A DNA stretch of 64,000 nucleotides. Source: Candidatus Culexmicrobium cathedralense (GTDB taxonomy: Archaea; Thermoproteota; Methanomethylicia; Culexarchaeales; Culexmicrobiaceae). Below are positions 18,025 to 27,128 of this stretch, in pieces; positions within the stretch are counted from its first letter, which is position 1, and each line of letters starts with the position of its first letter. A program made the position numbers and the translations under genes. The notes beneath the pieces are model-generated. The model saw only the letters and a program-made list of their open reading frames with translations, searched no databases and was not told where the DNA came from. The stretch lies in NCBI GenBank assembly GCA_025061115.1, contig JANZKC010000003.1:129196-193195 (forward strand), read 5' to 3'.

Positions 18025-18678
18025 TTGGTGGCATGGTATAAACGTGTCGAAATCCCCATAATTATAACAGTAATATGCGCACTCCTTCAAATAGTTCCAT
18101 ACTACCTAGACGTGCCGCAGTGGGAAGCAGTTGCAGACGACTTCAATGAATGGTCACTCGTAGTATTGACAACAGCTCTCTTCCTAGGAGCTGGCTCACT
18201 TTACTTGCTTCACATTCCAAGAGTTAAAAGACAAAGACCAGGATGGGAGTTCAGCGTAATTCTATTAGTAATAATGACAATATCGATAATCGCCGGACTA
18301 CCAATTCCTCAAATTGGACTTGGTTTATCAAATGATGTATATCAGTTTATCTATAACAACATGACTGTAGCGCTATCTTCAACAATGTATTCAATATTGG
18401 CATTCTTCATAACCTCAGCAGCCTACAGAGCATTCAAAGCTAGAAACATAGATGCAGCAATACTGCTGGTTAGCGGCACCCTAGTAATGCTTGGCAACGC
18501 ACCAATAGGAACAGCTACATGGGCAGGATTTGGCGACATCAAGAATTGGCTATTCGATGTACCGAACTTAGCAACTATGAGAGCAATTAGAATTGGAGCA
18601 GCACTAGGCACACTTGTGCTGGCTGCAAGAACATTCATGGGAGTCGAGAGAGGCTACTTCAGAGGCGGAGGTGAGTAA
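18025..18678 (+). CDS. polytopic membrane protein of unknown function (gene 2)
   Basis: 217 aa with about 6 hydrophobic helices. GGGGTGAGG Shine-Dalgarno upstream. 9 nt after the previous stop. Confidence 0.55.
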   Translation: MVAWYKRVEIPIIITVICALLQIVPYYLDVPQWEAVADDFNEWSLVVLTTALFLGAGSLYLLHIPRVKRQRPGWEFSVILLVIMTISIIAGLPIPQIGLGLSNDVYQFIYNNMTVALSSTMYSILAFFITSAAYRAFKARNIDAAILLVSGTLVMLGNAPIGTATWAGFGDIKNWLFDVPNLATMRAIRIGAALGTLVLAARTFMGVERGYFRGGGE

Positions 18679-18679
18679 A

Positions 18680-19555
18680 ATGGGTGAAAATGAAGTAACT
18701 ATTTGGGAAAAACTGGAGAACGTTGATAGGAGAATAATATACTTACTACTGTGGATAGTAGTTCTAGCACCGCTCATAAGCCCACTAAACTTGCCAGTTT
18801 CAATAAGTGAAGAAACAAAGATAGCATATCAATACATCGAAAATCTTCCTCCAGGAAGCGTGGTTGTAGTTTCACTTGACCATAGTTTTGCAGGGATGCC
18901 GGAGCTATATCCACACGACGTCGCGTTTCTACATCACCTATTCTCAAAGCCAGTTAAGATAGTTATAATAGCAATTTGGCAAGAAGGATCATTAGTCGCA
19001 GATGTTGCATTAAAGGAGCTTGCCGGAGGAGAGGACCCAAGAACAGGGATAGAGAAAATCTATGGAAAGAAGTATGGTGAAGACTGGGTATTTCTCGGAT
19101 GGGTTCCAGGCGGAGAAACAGGAATGAGAGTTCTCGGACAAGATATGCACACTGCAGTTCCAGCAGACTTCTGGGGTACACCTATAACTGAATTTCCAAT
19201 GATGGCTGACATAAAGACAGGCGAGGATGTAGATCTCCTCGTTACCATTGAATCGGGAACTCCAGGTGCTCCAGAGTGGATAAGACAGTGGTGGTCTGTC
19301 TATCGGACTCCAATCATCTGCGCAATAGTTGCCGTAGGTGCACCTGAGCTTGTACCAGCTAGACAAGCCGGGCAGCTAGTTGCATTGTTGCCAGGAGTTA
19401 GAGCTGCTGCCGAATACGAGCAACTTATTAAAAGACCAGGTCTAGGAACATCCCAAGCAGACGCCCTATCAACAAGTCACATACTAGTAATAATTTTCGT
19501 AATTATAGGCAATATCGGCTACTTCAGCCTTAAAGCTAAAGGGGTGAGAAAGTAA
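18680..19555 (+). CDS. membrane-anchored protein of unknown function (gene 3)
   Basis: ATG 18680 is preceded by GGAGGTGAG and lies 1 nt after the previous stop. N- and C-terminal TM helices flank a soluble domain. The ORF-track start at 18614 was rejected. Confidence 0.55.
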   Translation: MGENEVTIWEKLENVDRRIIYLLLWIVVLAPLISPLNLPVSISEETKIAYQYIENLPPGSVVVVSLDHSFAGMPELYPHDVAFLHHLFSKPVKIVIIAIWQEGSLVADVALKELAGGEDPRTGIEKIYGKKYGEDWVFLGWVPGGETGMRVLGQDMHTAVPADFWGTPITEFPMMADIKTGEDVDLLVTIESGTPGAPEWIRQWWSVYRTPIICAIVAVGAPELVPARQAGQLVALLPGVRAAAEYEQLIKRPGLGTSQADALSTSHILVIIFVIIGNIGYFSLKAKGVRK

Positions 19556-20307
19556 TGGCTGAGCCAATTGAAGTTTTGGGAACGGCGGTTGCAGTACTAT
19601 TCACTCTAGCTGTATATAGCTTCACGTACCGAGAAAATCCCTGGTCAAGATTAGCCGAGCATGTATTCGTAGGATCTGCAGTTGGCGTTCAAATAGCTAT
19701 AGACTTTGACTGGCTAGTAAATAAAGCATATCCAGAGTGGGTTGGAGACCCGGCGAAAGCACCATTCTTCTGGATTGCCATTCTATTCGGCTTACTATAC
19801 TACTTCTACTTCACAAAGAGATACTTCTGGCTATACAGATTCCCATTAGCAGTGTCAGTAGGCACTGGATTGGGCTTAGCAGTTAGCAGAGTAGTTAAAA
19901 CTGAATTCGTCGATCAAATAAGAGCTACTGCAGGCCTAGCATGGTACATGCCTGATGATCCGCTTGGAAGCTTCAACAACTTCCTAGTAGTAATTTCATT
20001 AGCAACAGTACTAATATACTTCATATACAGCTATGAACTAAAAGGATCTTCAAGATTAGTCTTAACCTATGCTAGATGGATAATGATGGCCGGCTTCGGT
20101 GCGGCATACGGCTACACCGTAATGACGAGAATGTCACTATTCATCGGCAGATGCCAATTCTTGCTAGGCATTCCTCCAAATCCACCCGAAGCCAAACCAC
20201 TATTCGCAGTATTTGCAATAATAATCCTCGCAAGCCTACTAGGATACGATTACTATAAAAAGATGAAAACTACTGCTGAAGCTACAGCTACACCAACATC
20301 CTCCTAA
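19555..20307 (+). CDS. polytopic membrane protein of unknown function (gene 4)
   Basis: 250 aa with about 6-7 TM helices. TAATG stop/start overlap with gene 3. Confidence 0.55.
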   Translation: MAEPIEVLGTAVAVLFTLAVYSFTYRENPWSRLAEHVFVGSAVGVQIAIDFDWLVNKAYPEWVGDPAKAPFFWIAILFGLLYYFYFTKRYFWLYRFPLAVSVGTGLGLAVSRVVKTEFVDQIRATAGLAWYMPDDPLGSFNNFLVVISLATVLIYFIYSYELKGSSRLVLTYARWIMMAGFGAAYGYTVMTRMSLFIGRCQFLLGIPPNPPEAKPLFAVFAIIILASLLGYDYYKKMKTTAEATATPTSS

Positions 20308-20368
20308 ATTTCTCCGCGTTTTTTACTTTCATTCTTATCATATCACGATCTACGCTATTTTAAATTGA

Positions 20369-21442
20369 TTAAATTAGGAGTTTCTTCCCCAAAACTCTCT
20401 CGATTGGCTCATACAATTTAGAATCCTTTAATCCAGCTCCCAAAATCAACCTATCCCAATTTACTTTGCAAATTAAAACTCGCCGCCCTTCCCTAACTTC
20501 AGACGAAATAAGCGGATAACCACTTTCAACATCAAATAAATTGATAATATCTGGAAATGTTGCCAATCTTTCACCGTCAACTTCTAGAGTCATATACTCA
20601 TTAACAAACGTAACCTCAAATTTTTTACCCGCAGAATCTTCAACAATAATTGAACCCACATCAAATCCACCAGTTCTCATCAACCTATATTCAACAACCC
20701 TTCCTTCACAAACAATATCGCCATCTAAAACACTTATAGCCGCCTTAACCCTACTAACTCCATCACCAGCAGCAAGCATAGCCTCTCCAACTCTAAAAGC
20801 AAATTCTAAAGCTCCAGGAGCCCCGTTCTCAAGGGCATATTGTGATGTGACGGGATTCCTTGAAACAGCTACAACACCACCAGCCTCTATCGAAATCAAC
20901 CTAATAATTCTGTTAACAGTTTCAAGCTTACCACTAACAATAACCTCCAGAGCATCCCTCCTACTTGAGCCACCTCCAACTGCAGACTGCAACGATATAT
21001 AATTCTCTAACCGATGTAAACCCATACAACCCATAAGTCCCGTTGGATGAGCCCTTCCATCACATGGACAATCTAAAACTGGAATACCTAAAATTGCAGC
21101 TTGAAGCCAACCATTCACCGTACTAAAAGCTCCGCATTCACTTGAAATTAAAGCATCAATACTAAGACCAACATTTTGCAGCAGCTCGACAGCTCTCACA
21201 TGATGCCAAGGCCTAAATTCACCTTTTGACTGAACCCCAACGGCTGAAACAGTAATAACAATACCTTTAGGATCAGCTTCCTTTGGTTCTAAAATTTCCA
21301 CAGGAGCTATTTTAATGGCAAGATTTCCTACTTCAAGGCCAGATGAAATGCTTCCTCCTCCACCTCCACCCAATACTGCTCCACCCAAAACATAAGCCTC
21401 AACTTCCTTCTCACTTGAAACTACACGCATACTATTCACCAC
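20369..21442 (-). CDS. DUF917-like (S-methyl-thiohydantoin desulfurase family-like) protein
   Basis: 357 aa. The N-terminal glycine-rich GGAVLGGGGGGS motif and the size recall DUF917. Assigned from memory only. Confidence 0.4.
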   Translation of the reverse strand: MVNSMRVVSSEKEVEAYVLGGAVLGGGGGGSISSGLEVGNLAIKIAPVEILEPKEADPKGIVITVSAVGVQSKGEFRPWHHVRAVELLQNVGLSIDALISSECGAFSTVNGWLQAAILGIPVLDCPCDGRAHPTGLMGCMGLHRLENYISLQSAVGGGSSRRDALEVIVSGKLETVNRIIRLISIEAGGVVAVSRNPVTSQYALENGAPGALEFAFRVGEAMLAAGDGVSRVKAAISVLDGDIVCEGRVVEYRLMRTGGFDVGSIIVEDSAGKKFEVTFVNEYMTLEVDGERLATFPDIINLFDVESGYPLISSEVREGRRVLICKVNWDRLILGAGLKDSKLYEPIERVLGKKLLI

Positions 21443-22646
21443 TACAAGAGTATGTCTGACCGCTCTTAATAATAGTTCCAGGCTGAATTAGCATATGCGC
21501 CTTAATTCTACTATGATTTCCAATAATAGCTCCAAGCTTTGGAACCAGCTTACCTCTAACCTTAACTGGATGAAGCCTACTAACTTCAACTCCAGATGGC
21601 AATACATTTGAGATTGTAACTCCAGGTTCAATCACAGTGCTTCTACCAATTATTGAATCACCAACGAAGCAAAGCCTTCCAATGCTAGTGCGAGGTTGAA
21701 TTACCGATCTCGAAACTTCAGCATATGCTCCAATAATACATTCATCCTCAATTGAACTATAATTCCTGATTATTGATCCAGTACCAACATACGCGTTCCT
21801 ACCGATGTAAACTGGACCCTTAATAACTGCGTTGTGGTCAACTTTTACATTATCATCAATTATAACTGGCCCCTCAATAATTGCTCTAGGCGAAATTTGA
21901 GCACTATTACTGATAATTGTTTTTTTCACACCTTTAAGGAGGTGCTCAGCAGCCGTTATTAAGTCCCAGGGATATCCAACGTCAACCCACCATCCACTCC
22001 ATAAAGCCGCAATTATCTTGGAAGTTCTCGAAATTCTATTTAATGCTTCAGTCATGTTCCAAGTTTCCTCTAAAATGCTCATGAAACTTCCAGGTAGAAC
22101 ATATGCACCAGCAACTGCATATTCAATTTCCTGCTCAACTTTTGGCTTCTCAACTATTGCTTCAACACTATATTCTTCATCTAAAACTGGAACGCCATAG
22201 GTGGAAACTTCTTTCTGCGGTGTAATTAAAATAGCTCCATCTCCACCTCGATCAACATATGCATTCAAAAGGATTTTATATGATTCTTTAGGTGCTATGA
22301 TGTCTCCATAAGCAAGCAAAAACACTTCCCCTTCATCAATGAATTTAGCAGCCGACATTATTGCACCTTCAACTTCAGGCTTATCCTGCTTAACTATCCT
22401 CAATTCCATCTTTCCTTCATAGTTGCTTAAACTGCGTCTAAATAGTTCAACATCATTTACGACTATGATGATCTCCTTAATTCCAATACTTGCTATGGCA
22501 TCCAAAGCGTAGCTAACAATAGGCTTACCTAAAAGCTTAAGCAGAGTTTTAGGATGCCCCTCCGATAAAGGTCTCATCTCCCTACCTTCACCGCCAGCCA
22601 AAACAATTGCCTTTAAGGATCTAAATTCATTAATCACCTTCATCAC
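21432..22646 (-). CDS. bifunctional sugar-1-phosphate nucleotidylyltransferase / acetyltransferase (archaeal GlmU-like)
   Basis: 404 aa. N-terminal nucleotidyltransferase motif (AIVLAGGEGREMRPLS) and a C-terminal left-handed beta-helix with hexapeptide repeats. Sits directly downstream of glmS. Confidence 0.8.
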   Translation of the reverse strand: MMKVINEFRSLKAIVLAGGEGREMRPLSEGHPKTLLKLLGKPIVSYALDAIASIGIKEIIIVVNDVELFRRSLSNYEGKMELRIVKQDKPEVEGAIMSAAKFIDEGEVFLLAYGDIIAPKESYKILLNAYVDRGGDGAILITPQKEVSTYGVPVLDEEYSVEAIVEKPKVEQEIEYAVAGAYVLPGSFMSILEETWNMTEALNRISRTSKIIAALWSGWWVDVGYPWDLITAAEHLLKGVKKTIISNSAQISPRAIIEGPVIIDDNVKVDHNAVIKGPVYIGRNAYVGTGSIIRNYSSIEDECIIGAYAEVSRSVIQPRTSIGRLCFVGDSIIGRSTVIEPGVTISNVLPSGVEVSRLHPVKVRGKLVPKLGAIIGNHSRIKAHMLIQPGTIIKSGQTYSCSGE

Positions 22647-22647
22647 C

Positions 22648-24477
22648 TCACTCCACAGTAACAGTCTTGGCTAAATTACGCGGCTTATCAGGATCATACC
22701 CTTTAGTTACAGCTGCATAATACGCTAATAACTGCATTGGAATCACATATATTACTGGCGCAACTAGTGGGTGTAACCTAGGCATTTCAATAGACTTATC
22801 CAATAACTTTCCAAACTGCTCCTCACCAATTGGAGTAAGTCCAATTGTAAGTGCCCCTCGAGCCTTCATCTCAGCAATGTTTCCAGCTAGACTTTTCCTA
22901 TAATTATCTAGCAGCACTGAAAAAATGACAGGGAAGTCAGGTTCAACTAAAGCTATTGGTCCATGCTTACTTTCCCCAGCGGGATAGGCTTCCGCATGAA
23001 TATATGCTATTTCTTTTAACTTGAGAGCTCCCTCCATGGATAATGGCACTCCAACTCCTCTACTCAAGTAAAATGCGCTATTAGCACTACTTAATGTTAC
23101 CCCTATCTCCTTGCACTTTGCTTCATGAGCTCTAATGATATAGCTTGCATATCTGGGCGTCTTAGCAATTTCGTCCTCAATCACTTCGACATCAACGTTA
23201 ATGCGCTTTGCAGCTTCGCACGCCACTTTTAGCAATGTAATAATTTGGGTTGTGAACGTTTTGGTGGCTGCAACTCCAATTTCAGGTCCAGCTCTAGTAT
23301 AAATTGCAATGTCAGATTCTCTTGGAATTGCACTATCAATTACATTTGAAACTGCAATAACCTTCATCCCTGCCTTTTTCATTTTTCTTAATGCAATTAA
23401 ACTATCAATGGTTTCTCCAGACTGGGATATTACTATTCCAACATCATCTTCACTAAAAACATTTTCATACTTCAAGAATTCAGAAGCTATAAATGCGTGC
23501 ACTGGAATTCCAGCTATGCGGGTCAAAGCGTAGTCAGCAACTAATCCAGCGTGAAATGATGTTCCACAAGCAGTTATAAAGACTCTTTTAGCTTTAAGTA
23601 TCAAGTCAGCTGCTTCAGCAACTTCAGCGGCGCTTAATCCTTGGAGAGTCCTTCTAATAGCAATTGGCTGCTCATGTATCTCCTTCAGCATAAAGTGGGG
23701 ATAACCGCCCTTCATGGCCATTTCAGGAGTCCAGCTAATCACTCGTACTCGAAATCTTACATTTACCTCTCCCTGATTTAAATCCTCCAGGTAAATCTTA
23801 TTGGGAGATATGTATCCGAATTCACCATCCCTAACCACAATAACCCTATTAGTAAATTCGAGAAAAGCAGGAATGTCACTGGCCAAAAACTTAGCTTTGC
23901 TTCCAATTCCAATAACGAGTGGAGAAGTCATCTTAGCGAAGAAAATCCTGTTGGGCTCTACGGCGAATATTGCTGCAAATGCAAATGCTCCCCTTAAAAT
24001 CCTGAATGCTTCTTTGATGGCTTCAATTGGGCTATAACCCCTATGTAAATATTCTTCGAGAATGTGCGGAATAACCTCAGTATCAGTTTCACTTCTAAAT
24101 GAATGTCCCCTAGAAATTAAATCCTCCTTCAACTCCAAATAGTTCTGAATAATGCCATTGTGGACAACTGCTATTTCTCCTTTACAGTCGATGTGGGGAT
24201 GAGCATTGTAGTCGCTCGGCTTTCCATGAGTAGCCCACCTAGTATGTCCAATAGCTACATTGCTGTCAGCCGATTCAAAGTCCAATTTACTTGAAACCTC
24301 ATCAAGCTTCCCCTTAGCCTTTCTAACCACAATTCTGGAGTTTATAAAGTCGATATATGCAAAGCCAACTGAGTCGTAGCCCCTATATTCAAGTCTTTTT
24401 AAGCACTTCTCAATAACCTTGCCGATTGGCTCCTTAAAATATGAAGGTAATGCTGAAATTCCTATTATTCCGCACAT
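22648..24477 (-). CDS. glmS: glutamine--fructose-6-phosphate aminotransferase
   Basis: 609 aa. MCGIIGI N-terminal nucleophile, two SIS domains, and the C-terminal ...KPRNLAKTVTVE that is characteristic of GlmS. Confidence 0.95.
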   Translation of the reverse strand: MCGIIGISALPSYFKEPIGKVIEKCLKRLEYRGYDSVGFAYIDFINSRIVVRKAKGKLDEVSSKLDFESADSNVAIGHTRWATHGKPSDYNAHPHIDCKGEIAVVHNGIIQNYLELKEDLISRGHSFRSETDTEVIPHILEEYLHRGYSPIEAIKEAFRILRGAFAFAAIFAVEPNRIFFAKMTSPLVIGIGSKAKFLASDIPAFLEFTNRVIVVRDGEFGYISPNKIYLEDLNQGEVNVRFRVRVISWTPEMAMKGGYPHFMLKEIHEQPIAIRRTLQGLSAAEVAEAADLILKAKRVFITACGTSFHAGLVADYALTRIAGIPVHAFIASEFLKYENVFSEDDVGIVISQSGETIDSLIALRKMKKAGMKVIAVSNVIDSAIPRESDIAIYTRAGPEIGVAATKTFTTQIITLLKVACEAAKRINVDVEVIEDEIAKTPRYASYIIRAHEAKCKEIGVTLSSANSAFYLSRGVGVPLSMEGALKLKEIAYIHAEAYPAGESKHGPIALVEPDFPVIFSVLLDNYRKSLAGNIAEMKARGALTIGLTPIGEEQFGKLLDKSIEMPRLHPLVAPVIYVIPMQLLAYYAAVTKGYDPDKPRNLAKTVTVE

Positions 24478-24552
24478 TCAATTTCCCCAAAATAATTTTA
24501 TTGCATGTTGTTATAAATTTACTGTTTTTAACTCTAAATTAGTTTTTTGTAA

Positions 24553-24614
24553 TTCGCCTCAGCTACCCTGGAATTCTTCACCATTCAGTAGGCATGACTC
24601 ACATCATCGGCAAA
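24553..24614 (-). ncRNA. box C/D sRNA (candidate 2)
   Basis: The minus strand reads UUUGCC-G-AUGAUGU(C)-GAGUCAUGCCUA(12)-CUGA(D')-AUG-GUGAAGA(C')-AUUCCAGGGUAG(12)-CUGA(D)-GGCGAA. Both guides are 12 nt, and there is a 6-bp terminal stem with one G-U pair. Intergenic, on the same strand as the flanking genes. Confidence 0.7.
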
Positions 24615-24631
24615 TAATCTTCAATTAAAAT

Positions 24632-25300
24632 TTAGAATCCGCCTTTTAAAGTTGAATACCAAGCAAAGAGGCCGGCCGCGGTAACGGGATCAACTACGGG
24701 AATTCCAGTTAATTTGTGAATCTTGCTTGAAATTCCAATTGTTGAAAATCCTGTGCATGCCAATAATATTATGTTGCACTTTTCCCTTTTCAGCTGAATT
24801 GCAGCTTCAAAAATGTACTTCTCGTTTTCTTTTCGCATTAAGTCAAGCGTAGTTTTTACTCCTTGAGGAGAAGCTTCAGCAACTAGGTTATTACCTAGAA
24901 TTTCCCTTATCACTCTTGGTGTTTCACCGGTTAACGTTAACACGCCAATTCTATTCGAAATTCCGAGAGCTAAACATGCTGAAGCTGAACCAGCTCCAAT
25001 TACGGGAACATGCACAATTTCTCTCAATTCTCGCACGCCTGGATCGGCGGCACAACTAACAATCAATGCATCAACATTCATCCTGATAAGCTCTTTGCCA
25101 ACTTCAATTATCTTTGGAATGGCTTTCCTCTCACTTTCATCATCATAAATGCCATATGGCTGATCATCAATACACTTGCTAATAACTCTTAAGCCTGGAA
25201 AATGTTTTTCAATAATTTTACCATGAGCCTCAATTAAATCCCTGTTTTTAAGTGTTATCACCCTAATCAGGCCTATAGTCTTAACCATTAACCACACCAT
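24632..25300 (-). CDS. Asp/Glu/hydantoin racemase family protein
   Basis: 222 aa with two catalytic-Cys contexts (IVSCAADPG and LLACTGFS) typical of the hydantoin/Asp-Glu racemase superfamily. Confidence 0.7.
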   Translation of the reverse strand: MVWLMVKTIGLIRVITLKNRDLIEAHGKIIEKHFPGLRVISKCIDDQPYGIYDDESERKAIPKIIEVGKELIRMNVDALIVSCAADPGVRELREIVHVPVIGAGSASACLALGISNRIGVLTLTGETPRVIREILGNNLVAEASPQGVKTTLDLMRKENEKYIFEAAIQLKREKCNIILLACTGFSTIGISSKIHKLTGIPVVDPVTAAGLFAWYSTLKGGF

Positions 25301-25440
25301 AATTTACATTAGTAAGTTAATTTTCTAAATATTTTCTTCATTTTTCAGTGTAGGGTTCCATCAACAATTTAGCTATAAATACTTTCAACTTAAGTTGACC
25401 TAATTATATTATAATATTGAATAAATATAAAAAGGGAAAT

Positions 25441-27117
25441 TTAAATGGCAAATAACGATATTGCTCTTGACAGTACTTTTTCTCCTCTGTATTCTGGTAG
25501 CAATATTGGTGATTTTCTTGTTGGCGGTATTTTCGCTTCTTTCAGCATTTCAACGTAGCGGTTAACATGTTTTAGGGATAGCTTGCCTGGCTCGACGTTT
25601 TGAACGTATTTTGCAGCTGAAATTCCGGCAATTCTACCGAAAACAGTTACTTCTAATAGTGAATTGCCCATTAATCTATTCTTTCCGTGAACTCCTCCGC
25701 AGACTTCGCCTGCTGCGAAGAATCCTAGTATTGGTTCTCCACGTCCATTTAGTACTTGGGCGTTAACGTTTATTTCAACTCCTCCATTCATGTAGTGCAG
25801 TGTTGGGAATACGAGGACTGGTTCTTTGGTTGGGTCAATGCCGAATCTGCTGAACATCCTGTAGATTGCAGCTAGCGATTTCTTTATTGTTCCTTCACCG
25901 TGAATCATTTCTATCATTGGAGTGTCTAGCCAAACTCCTCTCATTCCTGTTGGAGTTATTACTCCCTTGTTTCTGCCGTAGCATTCTCTAATAATTGCAG
26001 CTGCAACTACGTCTCTTGGCTCTAGTGGGTAGATGAACTGCTCTCCGTCAGCATTTACTAGCTGAGCACCTAATCCTCTAACTTTTTCTGTTACGAGCAG
26101 GCCTACTATCTGCTCCGGATAGGCTGCCCCAGTTGGATGATATTGCGTTGCATCAAGATCTCTTAGTCTTGCTCCAACTCTGTAAGCCATTACTACTCCA
26201 TCCATTGTTGCGCCATAGTGGTTGGTTGTTGGGAAGTTTTGAATGTGAAGTCTGCCAAATCCTCCTGTTGTTAGAATGACTGCCTTTCCTCTAGCTATGC
26301 GGTACTCTTTAGTCTCTAGATTCCATAGAACTGCTCCAGTAACTCTTCCTGTATCTGGCTCGGTTAAAAGTTCAACTGCAGGCGAGAACTCGACGACGCG
26401 AATGCCTCTATTTAAAACTTCATCCATTAGAACTCGCATTATTTCAAGTCCTGTGTAGTCCTTGCATGCATGTAGCCTCTTTCTACATGTTCCTCCACCA
26501 GAAAGCTCTATCATGTTTCCTTCTTCATCCTTGTCGAACATCACTCCAAGATCTTCAAGCCACTTTATTATGAATGGAGCATTTTCAACTAGAGTTTTTA
26601 CCAGTTCCGGCTTATTCGCATAGTGTCCTCCACCCATGACATCTATAAAGTGAAGTATTGGACTGTCATTTGGCCTGTCGGCAGCCTGTATTCCTCCTTG
26701 AGCCATCTTGGTATTTGCATCTCCAAATCTGAGTTTAGTGGCAATTAGAATTCTATCGGCTGGAATTCCACTATTATTTGCCCATAAAGCTGCTGAGGCT
26801 CCAGCTCCTCCTCCACCTATAATTAATATGTCCACATCATAGTCGATTTTACTTAAGTCTATGTTGCTTGGGTCAATTAGTGGATAAGCTTCAATTAGGT
26901 CTGCAACTTCATGAGGTACAATTAAACCTTTACTTGGACCAATTTTCAGCGGCCTCTTCCCTTCAGGCCTATAATCTGGGTGCCACTCCTTCAAGAGCTT
27001 ATCCTTCTCTTCAGGTGATATTCTTGGAAAAGCTTCTTTCAACCTTCTATCTCTAGTCTCTTCAACTTTCTCTATTGACCGTCTCATTTCCTCCGAATAT
27101 GTACTTTCGTAAGTCAT
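25441..27117 (-). CDS. succinate dehydrogenase/fumarate reductase-family flavoprotein (SdhA/FrdA/TfrA-like)
   Basis: 558 aa. Dinucleotide fold DILIIGGGGAGASAA, QYHPTG, and GEVCGGVHGKNRLMGNSLLE. ~95-aa N-terminal extension. Asn replaces the His that carries covalent FAD (DANTKMAQGGI versus RSHTVSAQGGI). Confidence 0.85.
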   Translation of the reverse strand: MTYESTYSEEMRRSIEKVEETRDRRLKEAFPRISPEEKDKLLKEWHPDYRPEGKRPLKIGPSKGLIVPHEVADLIEAYPLIDPSNIDLSKIDYDVDILIIGGGGAGASAALWANNSGIPADRILIATKLRFGDANTKMAQGGIQAADRPNDSPILHFIDVMGGGHYANKPELVKTLVENAPFIIKWLEDLGVMFDKDEEGNMIELSGGGTCRKRLHACKDYTGLEIMRVLMDEVLNRGIRVVEFSPAVELLTEPDTGRVTGAVLWNLETKEYRIARGKAVILTTGGFGRLHIQNFPTTNHYGATMDGVVMAYRVGARLRDLDATQYHPTGAAYPEQIVGLLVTEKVRGLGAQLVNADGEQFIYPLEPRDVVAAAIIRECYGRNKGVITPTGMRGVWLDTPMIEMIHGEGTIKKSLAAIYRMFSRFGIDPTKEPVLVFPTLHYMNGGVEINVNAQVLNGRGEPILGFFAAGEVCGGVHGKNRLMGNSLLEVTVFGRIAGISAAKYVQNVEPGKLSLKHVNRYVEMLKEAKIPPTRKSPILLPEYRGEKVLSRAISLFAI

Positions 27118-27128
27118 ACATTCACCTC

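Noticed and set aside
25311-25375. C/D-sRNA-like string on the minus strand: UUGAUGG AACCCUACA CUGA AAA AUGAAGA ...
   Set aside because: There is no D box (CUGA) 10-13 nt after the C'-like element and no terminal stem. The segment coincides with the TATA/promoter region of the racemase-like gene.
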